A stretch of 37,995 nucleotides of DNA from the IMG/VR virus record IMGVR_UViG_3300011266_000026. One strand, given 5' to 3'. Both the position numbers and the translations under genes were made by a program. Each line of letters begins with the position of its first letter. The stretch's first letter is position 1. The DNA comes from a virus. Shown in pieces: positions 23,701 through 31,518 of this stretch. Below the pieces are notes generated by a model. The model had not been told where the DNA came from. It saw nothing but the letters and a program-made list of their open reading frames with translations, and did no database searches.

Positions 23701-25305
23701 AAAGATTTGATTTCATTAGTTAAATTCCTTAAAGAAGAGTATCTTCAAAAAAAAAGTAACGTAAAAACCGCGTCAGCTACTAAGCTTCCCAGTGTTCCCG
23801 GACTAACTGCTGAACAATTAGATTTGTTAGAAAAGGCAGCATTTAAATATGGTGGTCCTGTTAATAATGGAGGACAATTATTTACGACTTATACTGGAGG
23901 GCATATATTTACGACTTATACTGGAGGGCATATTGTTGTTTATCCTAAAGGTGATGTTAAAGTATTTGATTTTGTAAAAAACGATTGGGATTTGTACGCC
24001 GGAGAAAGTTTTACAAATTATTTAAAACAAAAATATGGAAATTCTTCTAGTAATTACAAACCTCATTCACATCCTAATATTATGTCTAAAGAGGAAGAAG
24101 AAGAAATTATTAAATTAGCTTCTAAATTTGGCCTTAAGGGTGTACGAAAATATGAAGAACCAATTCAAGAAGTTAAACAACAAATGCAATATGTTGAACT
24201 TGCTGATGACCATGGTCCTGTATATGCAATTAATAAAGAAGGCGGGGCATATAAAATTTGGAAAATTAATCCTAATGAACCAACAAATAGTGGAGAATGG
24301 AAGCTAATTACTGGTAAATCAGTATTTATACAAATACTATTTTCATTGTCTTATTTACTTGAAAATTACACAGGAACTTCCAGTTCATCTTCCAAAGAAC
24401 CATTTACATTATCATCTAAAGATGAAGGATATGCTAAACTTTGGGAAATAGGAAAGGCAATGGATGGAATACACATTAACGATGGAATGTTTGAAAGTAC
24501 AATGCAGTCTTTAGGATTTTATTTTGATTATGTTGATGAAATGTATATTAATTACAATGCTAAACAAATTGTTGTTGTTACTAAGGATGTATCTCAAAAA
24601 TATAAATATACCGTTTTATATTTGGATAATAATAATAATCCCGAATATAAAGAAGTAAATAATGAAAATCTTTTTAAGGAAATTGGAAATAGCGGGAATA
24701 TAGCTTCTGTAAATTCTTCATCAAACAACATAGATTTAAATCCTAGTGGAGTGAACTATAAACAGACTAATGACGAGTCAAATTCAAAATTGATAAGACT
24801 TAATTCTCATGATGAAAATATCATGAATAGTTGTGGATTTAAATTTGTTCCCGAAGAAAATAGATATTATAAAAATTCTAAGGGGGACATTTTTAAATTT
24901 TATTCTACTGGAATGGCAGAATTTAATTTTGTTAATGGAAAATTTGGAAGTATAGGAAATATTCCTGACGCTTTAAAATTTGCAGTTAATATATTTTTAT
25001 CAAAAAAACATCGTTCAACATCCATATCTAGTCTTCTAAAAAATATTAATAAATTTATGGTTAAATATGGATTTGATTATGTTGATACCTATATCTCCAC
25101 TGATGATAATAAAGAAGTATTGGTGTTTGATAATTACTCTACTAAACAAAGTGTGCGAGTGGTTATTGGAGGTAAAATTTATTTATCTATCTATGGGGGA
25201 GGACAACAGATATTCAATTCGTTTGAAGAATTTGAAACTTATATTAAATCAACTTCATTACAGGAAAATGTTTATAAAAACATAATGAAATTTATATATC
25301 AATAA
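20728..25305 (+). CDS. giant ORFan protein (1525 aa): N-terminal domain, acidic P/T/E linker, at least 9 repeated modules of about 70 aa
   Basis: Uninterrupted 4.6-kb ORF with a recurring ...L..E....L...GF......Y....G....FY..G.....F...F.E...Y pattern. Confidence 0.9.
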   Translation: MPILLSDQLKQIQQLNELQYHAPVFDKKYYDKSHGTQHSIGRMDGRRMFHDFYAMEFLWSFLGSGQIPKGEREKRLAMDPEDPNRDVVPNKSHKFLPDQAVKTIDSVYEQVTNAVAKNLLAYIRLAVVQEFQYLTVHADGWTHFRQSLISAYNAEGKISKKEYDALVKEYIPKMAKYPLTIRKLLKFSKYFSSTYTFKDSDAYDVSRRKEKQSTQTSEPTPETEPKTSEEPDTTDYEAEPTSREFGKYGGKDQPTSPYEPEIPWSGMSSFNDAGDLPKIPSEDDDADLEQPLNEQLLTEEDINTHKVKQVYHAMNKAGITLDDIEKAYNYIPWDGAYGGPRWGAGVIALLKLVHAKKNLSTEDMNHIIDHIYDLQHNTGSLLNKGPMYVSENDLNRRYKITDVMRFVPFVSPLIKDIILRYQKYLRNDPAQAEREAKMETLIQSPKLPLLPEEQNELQSMGFQKLDDNTYRVAMNFKNKQGKSVGGVYYEITKREVGTLVNGEFKKQENANPLYLVSDNLLADVKAFDTFPEAKAYLETYKHEMNDHGSVGTLSSAQASVPPAIKSEKQIYIDKHHKIKLSPEKEQQLLNINLGWRNKPSSQYYKAYFADGGRLHFYAFSDGSYLITFQNDILYKIFHEFQPAFQYAAMLTKTAQPYPEKEKMQAEINAALHKSASPSVFTLKYLISPDQFSKLESMMKTYSQSGNVKYDVLLHKNGLAVVYQSLLTTMSPAKPIPIFGVGKEIKDENTVVPHWKLIRLDPFTGDELHEWAFSTIEELFPYLLKLMSGNIPSSSGQKITTVTPSTYVSPSGKQLPPNATSKVAYSVHSGISIPPKSTIRLTKEDETKLVAIGFEPRIVGNDVWYIHKPSGDTVKFYPNNTAKLLFTSQSSSKLPTLNKDIEGMLTWLPTKYNNQTSKSPIVTKGGTQSIVNKGVKAGILFDKDIINAGFSWNESKSCYIGKDGDDLHIRPDRSSYLNVHNIEGVGDQSYEFKDLISLVKFLKEEYLQKKSNVKTASATKLPSVPGLTAEQLDLLEKAAFKYGGPVNNGGQLFTTYTGGHIFTTYTGGHIVVYPKGDVKVFDFVKNDWDLYAGESFTNYLKQKYGNSSSNYKPHSHPNIMSKEEEEEIIKLASKFGLKGVRKYEEPIQEVKQQMQYVELADDHGPVYAINKEGGAYKIWKINPNEPTNSGEWKLITGKSVFIQILFSLSYLLENYTGTSSSSSKEPFTLSSKDEGYAKLWEIGKAMDGIHINDGMFESTMQSLGFYFDYVDEMYINYNAKQIVVVTKDVSQKYKYTVLYLDNNNNPEYKEVNNENLFKEIGNSGNIASVNSSSNNIDLNPSGVNYKQTNDESNSKLIRLNSHDENIMNSCGFKFVPEENRYYKNSKGDIFKFYSTGMAEFNFVNGKFGSIGNIPDALKFAVNIFLSKKHRSTSISSLLKNINKFMVKYGFDYVDTYISTDDNKEVLVFDNYSTKQSVRVVIGGKIYLSIYGGGQQIFNSFEEFETYIKSTSLQENVYKNIMKFIYQ
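23881..23934 (+). repeat. 27-bp in-frame tandem duplication (26/27 identical)
   Basis: TTTACGACTTATACTGGAGGGCATAT(A/T) occurs twice and encodes FTTYTGGHI twice. Confidence 0.95.
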
Positions 25306-25529
25306 AATTTGGTTTTTAATTTTCCATCTTTTCCTGTCCAAGATACTCTGTATCCAATTTCTGCATCTTCTGAACCAAATGCGGAAGTTTTTTCTATCTC
25401 TTGTATAGTTCGTTTAGGAGCCACAGGCTGAATTGCTTCAGTAACTATTGGTTTTTGTATAAGATGGTTCTGTGTTGACAAGAACTGCTTAAATTTCTTT
25501 TGGATATTATCAAATTCTCGTTGGTCCAT
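25299..25529 (-). CDS. hypothetical protein (76 aa), lone minus-strand ORF
   Basis: ORF track; diverges from 25620 across an inverted repeat. Confidence 0.45.
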   Translation of the reverse strand: MDQREFDNIQKKFKQFLSTQNHLIQKPIVTEAIQPVAPKRTIQEIEKTSAFGSEDAEIGYRVSWTGKDGKLKTKFY

Positions 25530-25544
25530 ATAAAAAGTGTTTTC

Positions 25545-25566
25545 TGTACATTAATAAATATGTACA
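25545..25566. promoter_or_regulatory. 7-bp inverted repeat TGTACAT-N8-ATGTACA
   Basis: Lies between the divergent starts at 25529 and 25620. Confidence 0.35.
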
Positions 25567-25619
25567 TAACAGAACACATGGTCATTTTTATTTGACCAAC
25601 ACATACACAGAAAGGTAAT

Positions 25620-26438
25620 ATGAGTAACATAATAAAAACCAGCGATGGTATCTCTCCTGACGTATTTACGTCTAAATCACAATCTTCAGATGATGGATCT
25701 CTCAGTCAATCTTCTAATAGAATGTCAGAGTCAAATACTGACTTCACGAATGAGAAAGAATATGTTCCAAGTAAAAATGTTCAAGAAGCAAAAAAGCTTT
25801 TAACAACATTTCGTAAGAAAATGACGGAATATCCAAAACATTTATCTTATGAAGGTTCTATGGTTTTATGTGTTTTATTAGCAATGAAACCTATAGCTTG
25901 TGTTAATATAAATAATATTCCAACAGTTGATCAAACTTTAATTAGAGAACTTTTAGTTTTAAAATCCGGAATTGAGCCTTCGGAATTTATTGGTACATTT
26001 GATGTTAAATTTGACAATAATAAAGATTTTATATTGATTTTTAATCCACCAGCAAATAAGGATATTATATTGCACCTTTTCAATACGGTAGCTCATCCAC
26101 GTCCAATCGATCTTAAAGAAAGCAATGATGTACCTGTTGAAAATGATGGAGAAAAAATTGCTGTGGGAGGAAGAATTCATCTTAACAAGAAAAATATTCA
26201 AAAGCTTGTTGGAATTGAACCTCGGGAAGAAAAATTAAATGATACCGATGAACGACAATATACACCCCCTACAAAACAAATTGGAAGAAATGCATATGAA
26301 ATTCGTGCTGATGTTCTTCAAATGGCAATTGACTGGGCAAAAACTGAAGACGGTCACGGACAATATACTAAGCCTTCAGATGATGATGTTATTGCATTGG
26401 CAAAGAAATTCTATTCATTTGTAGAAAATCGTCGTTAA
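25620..26438 (+). CDS. hypothetical protein (272 aa)
   Basis: ORF track only. Confidence 0.8.
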   Translation: MSNIIKTSDGISPDVFTSKSQSSDDGSLSQSSNRMSESNTDFTNEKEYVPSKNVQEAKKLLTTFRKKMTEYPKHLSYEGSMVLCVLLAMKPIACVNINNIPTVDQTLIRELLVLKSGIEPSEFIGTFDVKFDNNKDFILIFNPPANKDIILHLFNTVAHPRPIDLKESNDVPVENDGEKIAVGGRIHLNKKNIQKLVGIEPREEKLNDTDERQYTPPTKQIGRNAYEIRADVLQMAIDWAKTEDGHGQYTKPSDDDVIALAKKFYSFVENRR

Positions 26439-26440
26439 TT

Positions 26441-26743
26441 ATGCCAAGCCCAGAACAACTTCAAGAATGGCATAAGTTATTTACTCGAATTGAACGAGTA
26501 GATGATTATCGTAAGCTAAAAGAATTATATTCTTCCACTGTAAATCAAATAGAAAAATTAACTGAAGATATTTCTCAGTTTCAACCTCCCAGAAATCCAA
26601 GAGAAGATGCTTCACAGTGTCATGATAAAATGAAACTTGGAATGCTTACTAAGCAAAAGTCTCGGCTTGAAAAGCAATTGAGTTTACTTGAAAAACAAAT
26701 ACAAAATGACATGGAATTGACTAGCAAGGAAAATTATGAGTAA
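26441..26743 (+). CDS. hypothetical coiled-coil protein (100 aa)
   Basis: ORF track only. Confidence 0.7.
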   Translation: MPSPEQLQEWHKLFTRIERVDDYRKLKELYSSTVNQIEKLTEDISQFQPPRNPREDASQCHDKMKLGMLTKQKSRLEKQLSLLEKQIQNDMELTSKENYE

Positions 26744-27470
26744 TTTATCATTAATGTCTATTATGAGAGATGATCCAGATTTTGGTCGTCGGTTACAGAA
26801 AAAAGTTCAAGATATTAAAGAAGACAAAAAGCATATTAATGAAACTGCTGAAGAATATAGTAAACGTTATAAACAAGAAATCATTGACGGAACTGAGCTT
26901 CGTGCCAAACTTTTAACTGAAGGTTCTGCAAAAGGGTTAAGTGAACAAGAAATCATGGCAAGTTATGGAAAATTTGTACCTACAGTTTATACTCCAATTC
27001 TTAATATGCTTTATTTCTTACTTAGAGAAAGTGAACCACAAGATGTTAGAAAATATAGACAGAGAGATGCTATCAATGAAGCACTTATAAAAGCAAAACA
27101 ATTAAATCATGATAGTAATGAGAAAGATCTTACCGAAGCCGAATTAACATCTATTTTGGATGCAAAACTAAAAGAATTGCACGAACAAACTGAAGCAGAT
27201 GAACGTAGAAAAGAACTTAATTGGAAATTTCAACAGGAACAAGTAAATAGACCCAAGGAAGAAGAAGTATCGTTAAAAGAACCAGAAGATATGGAAACTT
27301 ATTTATTTGGTCATTTAACGCTAGATCAATTCAATACTCTTAAGAAATTAAAATCACTGACTTATTCAAGTAATATTGATGAAGCAAGTCTAGCTTTCAA
27401 AAAAGGCAAAGAATTGGCACAAAAGTATAAAGTTGATTGGGAGAAAATTCCATCTTATTACAAAAAATGA
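26736..27470 (+). CDS. hypothetical charged protein (244 aa)
   Basis: ORF with overlapping junctions on both sides. Confidence 0.8.
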   Translation: MSNLSLMSIMRDDPDFGRRLQKKVQDIKEDKKHINETAEEYSKRYKQEIIDGTELRAKLLTEGSAKGLSEQEIMASYGKFVPTVYTPILNMLYFLLRESEPQDVRKYRQRDAINEALIKAKQLNHDSNEKDLTEAELTSILDAKLKELHEQTEADERRKELNWKFQQEQVNRPKEEEVSLKEPEDMETYLFGHLTLDQFNTLKKLKSLTYSSNIDEASLAFKKGKELAQKYKVDWEKIPSYYKK

Positions 27471-27928
27471 AAATTAGAAATCTTAAATATGATGAAATAA
27501 ATTTTGTTTCTAAAATAGTTGGAAAAAACTATTCAAAAGTTTATGAACGTTCTTCTAAACAAGAGTTCGGAGCAATGTTTTCCAATCCAGTTATTCCTCC
27601 AAATTATTTAGTTGCGGAAAACAACGGTCATATTTTAGGATGTTGTGGATATATCCAATCATGGATGGATTATGGAGTTTATCAAATCTATTGGGTTAAT
27701 GTTTTGCCTAAACATCAAGGTAATGGTATTGGTACTTCTCTCGTAAATGCAGCTATAAAGAGAATAAAATCCATTAGGGGAAATGGCAAGGCTACTATGA
27801 TTTTATTAACTGCAAAGGGGAAAAATGTAGGATTTTATAGGACAAAATTCGGGTTTAAGAAACTTCATTGGTTGGATGAAGATGAATATTTGATGGGACT
27901 TAGTATAAATGACAAAATAAAAAATTGA
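27467..27928 (+). CDS. GNAT-family N-acetyltransferase
   Basis: VNVLPKHQGNGIGTSLVNAAIKRIK is the Q/RxxGxG acetyl-CoA motif. ATGA start overlap at 27467. Confidence 0.8.
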   Translation: MKIRNLKYDEINFVSKIVGKNYSKVYERSSKQEFGAMFSNPVIPPNYLVAENNGHILGCCGYIQSWMDYGVYQIYWVNVLPKHQGNGIGTSLVNAAIKRIKSIRGNGKATMILLTAKGKNVGFYRTKFGFKKLHWLDEDEYLMGLSINDKIKN

Positions 27929-27953
27929 CATTTAATAGTCCTAATAATACAAT
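27925..27953 (+). promoter_or_regulatory. sigma70-type promoter TTGACA-N17-TACAAT
   Basis: TTGACA 27925-27930 contains the GNAT TGA stop. TACAAT lies at 27948-27953. Confidence 0.55.
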
Positions 27954-27963
27954 AGTTACAATT

Positions 27964-28149
27964 ATGGATGTTGCCTCACAAATCGCAGCCCTAAAATATG
28001 CCATTTACATTTGTGAAATGCGTAAAAGTGGGTCTCTCAAGAAAGAAGCTTATATTGTTGCTTGTGATGACATCAAACTTTTTTTAGAAGCTGCTATAGA
28101 ACGATTAGAATGTGGAGAACAAATGGAGAGTATTTCAATCTGTCAATGA
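27964..28149 (+). CDS. hypothetical small protein (61 aa)
   Basis: First ATG after the promoter, in frame with the track ORF. Confidence 0.55.
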   Translation: MDVASQIAALKYAIYICEMRKSGSLKKEAYIVACDDIKLFLEAAIERLECGEQMESISICQ

Positions 28150-28150
28150 T

Positions 28151-29092
28151 ATGGATAAATCAAGTAAAATTTATGTCGCTGGTCATAATGGTCTTGTTGG
28201 AAGTGCTTTGTGGAGAAATTTACACAAACAAGGTTATACAAATGTTTTTGGAGCATCACATCAAACATTAGATTTAACAAATGCAAATGAGGTAATGGAT
28301 GCGTTTTCTGTTAGTAAACCAGAATATGTATTTCTTGCTGCGGCAAAAGTAGGTGGCATCCATGCAAATGATATAATGCCAGCAGATTTTATTTATCAAA
28401 ATCTTGCAATTCAAACTAATGTTATCAATGCATGTCATGAACATAAAGTAAAAAAATTAGTATTTTTAGGAAGTGTTTGTATTTATCCAAAATATGCTGA
28501 AGTTCCAGTTAAAGAAGAGTCATTATTAACAGGTGAACTTGAACCAACAAATCAATGGTATGCAGTTGCAAAAATTGCAGGCATAAAAATGTGTCAAGCA
28601 TATAGAAGACAATATCAGGATGATTTTATTTCTGTAATGCCCTGTAATTTATATGGAATTGGTGATAATTTTCATCCTACAAATTCACATGTTATTCCTG
28701 CTCTTATTCGCAAATTCGTTGAAGCGAATAAACGTGGAGATAAAACGGTTACATGTTGGGGTTCGGGAACTGCAAGAAGAGAATTTCTTTATGTTGATGA
28801 TATGGCAGATGCGTGTATCTTTTTAATGGAAAATTATAGTCAAGAACAAATCATTAATATTGGATATGGAGAAGATTACACTATAAAAGAATTAGTAGAA
28901 TTGATTGCAGAGTTAACTAATTTCAAGGGGGATATTCAATGGGACACTTCAAAACCTGATGGAACTCCTAAACGAATGTTAGACTCGTCAAAATTATTTA
29001 ATCTCGGTTGGAAGCCGAAAATTGATCTTCGTGAAGGATTGACAAGAGCTATAAAATGGTTTACATTACATGAAGAAAACAAAAAGTTATGA
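28151..29092 (+). CDS. fcl: GDP-L-fucose synthase (GDP-4-keto-6-deoxy-D-mannose 3,5-epimerase/4-reductase)
   Basis: Collinear with recalled E. coli Fcl: VAGHNGLVGSA, AAAKVGGI.AN, PADFIYQN, FLGS.CIYPK, LEPTN..YA.AKIAGIK, NLYG..DNFHP.NSHVIPAL, WGSGT..REFL.VDDMA, SKPDGTP. Confidence 0.9.
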   Translation: MDKSSKIYVAGHNGLVGSALWRNLHKQGYTNVFGASHQTLDLTNANEVMDAFSVSKPEYVFLAAAKVGGIHANDIMPADFIYQNLAIQTNVINACHEHKVKKLVFLGSVCIYPKYAEVPVKEESLLTGELEPTNQWYAVAKIAGIKMCQAYRRQYQDDFISVMPCNLYGIGDNFHPTNSHVIPALIRKFVEANKRGDKTVTCWGSGTARREFLYVDDMADACIFLMENYSQEQIINIGYGEDYTIKELVELIAELTNFKGDIQWDTSKPDGTPKRMLDSSKLFNLGWKPKIDLREGLTRAIKWFTLHEENKKL

Positions 29093-29262
29093 ATGTAATC
29101 CAAAGACTAGAAAAATTTCTACAAAATAATAATGGGAAAACTATCCCTTCCATTAGATATTTTGATGGCAATACTATGTATTCAGATAAAGATGGAAATT
29201 ATTCCTCTCCTTCATTAGAACAATCTTTAGAACTTTTTTTAAAAGAAAATGAACCCAATTGA
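29089..29262 (+). CDS. candidate 57-aa protein (below the ORF-track cutoff)
   Basis: Hand-translated MNVIQRLEKFLQNNNGKT... with an ATGA overlap on the fcl stop. It fills an otherwise empty gap. Confidence 0.35.
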   Translation: MNVIQRLEKFLQNNNGKTIPSIRYFDGNTMYSDKDGNYSSPSLEQSLELFLKENEPN

Positions 29263-29686
29263 AAAAACATTAGATTATTGGATAAATTTGGCTCGGCAGA
29301 TTGCAATTACTGCTCATCAAGGTCAATTTAGACGTGATAAAGTTACCCCATACATTAAACATGTAGAAGCAGTTGCAAATGCATTAGAAAAACGTCTGCA
29401 ACCGATTGGTTGGTTGCATGATGTTGTTGAAGATACTGACATAACATTAGAAGATTTGAAAAATTATGGGTTTCCACAATACGTTATTGATGGAGTAGAT
29501 TTAATGACACATCGAAAAAATGTTACCAATATGGATTATTGGCGAAATATGCTACAAAATGTAGATGTTGTTACTGTCAAAATTGCAGATATTAAGTACA
29601 ATTTAGGAGATAATCCTACAGAACAGCAAAAACAAAAATATCAACGTGCATTGAAATTGTTTGTTGATGCTGGATATACAATTTGA
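29249..29686 (+). CDS. small alarmone hydrolase (Mesh1/SpoT-type HD-domain (p)ppGpp hydrolase)
   Basis: AHQGQFRRDKVTPYIKHVEAVA...WLHDVVEDTDITLEDL...VKIADIKYNL matches H.GQ.R...PY..H / LHD..EDT / K.AD..YNL. Confidence 0.8.
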   Translation: MNPIEKTLDYWINLARQIAITAHQGQFRRDKVTPYIKHVEAVANALEKRLQPIGWLHDVVEDTDITLEDLKNYGFPQYVIDGVDLMTHRKNVTNMDYWRNMLQNVDVVTVKIADIKYNLGDNPTEQQKQKYQRALKLFVDAGYTI

Positions 29687-29694
29687 TTTTTAAC

Positions 29695-29723
29695 TTGACA
29701 TATCTGATTAACTTAATTAGACT
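29695..29723 (+). promoter_or_regulatory. sigma70-type promoter TTGACA-N17-TAGACT
   Basis: TTGACA 29695-29700 and TAGACT 29718-29723, with a 62-nt leader to ATG 29786. Confidence 0.55.
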
Positions 29724-29785
29724 TACCACTCAAACTGTAAACCCGTAGCTAAAGTACGCTACATAAAATAAAGATAAAAATAACT

Positions 29786-30373
29786 ATGAGAAACTATAAG
29801 AAATTAATTGCAGGCGTTTTGATCGCCATTGCTCTTACGTTTGCAACTTCAACGTTCGCTGTAACTGTTGAAAAAGGTTATGGCACATTTCAACCATTTC
29901 AACCAGCACAAACTGAAGTTCAACAATCGTCTCTGTTCAATGGAGATGAAGTCGGCTTGAGTCTTAGTACTGGTTATGTGGTGGATCGTTCTACTCCATT
30001 TGAGGGGGATTATACATTTAATTTGACTGCCGGAGCATTTTATTTTCCTACTCGTTATTTGGGTTTGGAAGCGAATGTTCCATTTTATCAGACTGATGGT
30101 GTATCAGTTGATGAAGTGCAAGCTGGTGTATTGTTCCGTTTACCATTGGGAACAACAACTCCACTGTTTAAAAATGTAGCACCTTATGTTGGTGTTGGTG
30201 GAGTTTATAATTGGGATGCTAATGATAAATGGGCATACATTGCTAAGGGTGGAATTGAAGTTCGCTTAAATAGCAAGTGGGGAGTATTTGCTGAAGGTCA
30301 ATATCGTAATAACGATTTTACTTGGCAAGATGGAGTTACATCTGTCCAAGGTGGGCTTCGTATTGTATTCTAA
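29786..30373 (+). CDS. outer-membrane beta-barrel protein (small OMP), moron
   Basis: Signal peptide MRNYKKLIAGVLIAIALTFATSTFA, alternating beta-strand pattern and a C-terminal ...GGLRIVF. The gene has its own promoter and terminator. Confidence 0.75.
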   Translation: MRNYKKLIAGVLIAIALTFATSTFAVTVEKGYGTFQPFQPAQTEVQQSSLFNGDEVGLSLSTGYVVDRSTPFEGDYTFNLTAGAFYFPTRYLGLEANVPFYQTDGVSVDEVQAGVLFRLPLGTTTPLFKNVAPYVGVGGVYNWDANDKWAYIAKGGIEVRLNSKWGVFAEGQYRNNDFTWQDGVTSVQGGLRIVF

Positions 30374-30439
30374 TTAACTAATTTGCTGAGAAATCAGCAA
30401 ATGGTGGAGGGCAAGTCAGATAATGGCTACGCCCCTAAC

Positions 30440-30475
30440 GGCGAGAGGATGTAACAGTCTTCTCGCCATTTTTTC
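30440..30475 (+). terminator. rho-independent terminator
   Basis: GGCGAGAGGA/TCTTCTCGCC stem plus ATTTTTT. Confidence 0.75.
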
Positions 30476-30504
30476 TTGACCGTATATCAATATTAGGATA
30501 ACAT
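30476..30504 (+). promoter_or_regulatory. sigma70-type promoter TTGACC-N17-TAACAT; 6 nt to ATG 30511
   Basis: TTGACC 30476-30481 and TAACAT 30499-30504. Confidence 0.5.
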
Positions 30505-30510
30505 ATTGAT

Positions 30511-30807
30511 ATGAGTGTTAAAATGGACAATTGTGTTTTTTGTGGTATATTTACCAGCACAAGAGGACATCACATAATTCCACGTTGTAAAGGAGGAACT
30601 GAAACTGTTCCAACCTGTCAAACCTGTGAAGATTACATCCATAAAACATGGTCTCATAATGAACTCCGAGACATTTATAATAATGTAGAGACTATTTTGT
30701 CCGATGAAAGATTTAAAAAGTTTTTGAAATGGAGACGGAAACAAACTCCGGAAACTTTGTTTAAATCTGATAGAGGAAATTTTAGAACTAAGAGAAGATT
30801 TTCATGA
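30511..30807 (+). CDS. small HNH endonuclease
   Basis: CVFCG...[11 protein letters not shown]...CQTCEDYIH. Confidence 0.75.
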   Translation: MSVKMDNCVFCGIFTSTRGHHIIPRCKGGTETVPTCQTCEDYIHKTWSHNELRDIYNNVETILSDERFKKFLKWRRKQTPETLFKSDRGNFRTKRRFS

Positions 30808-31184
30808 AATGGCCAACTTTACATGGAAGATTGAAACATCCATTAATATCTACACAAGAAGCACTTGAACAATTATCACAATCAGTAGAATTGACTTCAT
30901 TTGGAAAACAAAAGTTAAAACGATTACAAACGACTAATCATCATTTTGTGTATATTCTGAAATGCATTGACAATTCGTTGTATACAGGTTATACTACAGA
31001 TGTTAATAAAAGATGTAATGTTCATAATCGTGGAAAAGGTGCTAAGTATACTCGGACACGTTTGCCAGTAAAATTGGTATATGTTGAAGAATTTTCTACA
31101 AAATCAGAGGCATTGAAACGAGAATATCAAATTAAACAAATGACTCGTAAACAAAAAGAAAGACTTATTGATGAAAAAGCTTAA
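30804..31184 (+). CDS. GIY-YIG nuclease-family protein (UPF0213/YhbQ-like)
   Basis: [35 protein letters not shown]....[20 protein letters not shown]. Confidence 0.8.
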   Translation: MKWPTLHGRLKHPLISTQEALEQLSQSVELTSFGKQKLKRLQTTNHHFVYILKCIDNSLYTGYTTDVNKRCNVHNRGKGAKYTRTRLPVKLVYVEEFSTKSEALKREYQIKQMTRKQKERLIDEKA

Positions 31185-31515
31185 TGAAATGTCTGTGACG
31201 GAATTGTCTCAACTTTCCTATAAAATCTCTAAAGAAATAACTGAGCGAGAGATTAACGAACGGATTGCAAAAAATAAAAATAAAAGTCTGAGTGAAATAT
31301 TACGAGAGTTTTATCACTTTGGTTTTCAAGTCCCAACAGGAACGAATATATGGTTTATAGAGAATGAAGGATTTTTTGGAATGGAAGTTGGTCGGTATAC
31401 ACATTCTTGTCATGTAGATACGACGGATTTTATTGTATTGCTTGTTTTGGGAGACACTAAGAATTATGTAGAGAGTTTCTCAGATATGTGGTTATCTAAA
31501 AAATTTACTGTCTAA
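31168..31515 (+). CDS. hypothetical protein (115 aa)
   Basis: ORF track only. Confidence 0.7.
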   Translation: MMKKLNEMSVTELSQLSYKISKEITEREINERIAKNKNKSLSEILREFYHFGFQVPTGTNIWFIENEGFFGMEVGRYTHSCHVDTTDFIVLLVLGDTKNYVESFSDMWLSKKFTV

Positions 31516-31518
31516 TTT

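Noticed and set aside
23881-23934. Tandem repeat as a CRISPR or minisatellite array
   Set aside because: It has only two adjacent units with no spacers, and it is in frame inside a long ORF. It is a simple coding duplication. No CRISPR-like repeat-spacer array was seen anywhere in the window.
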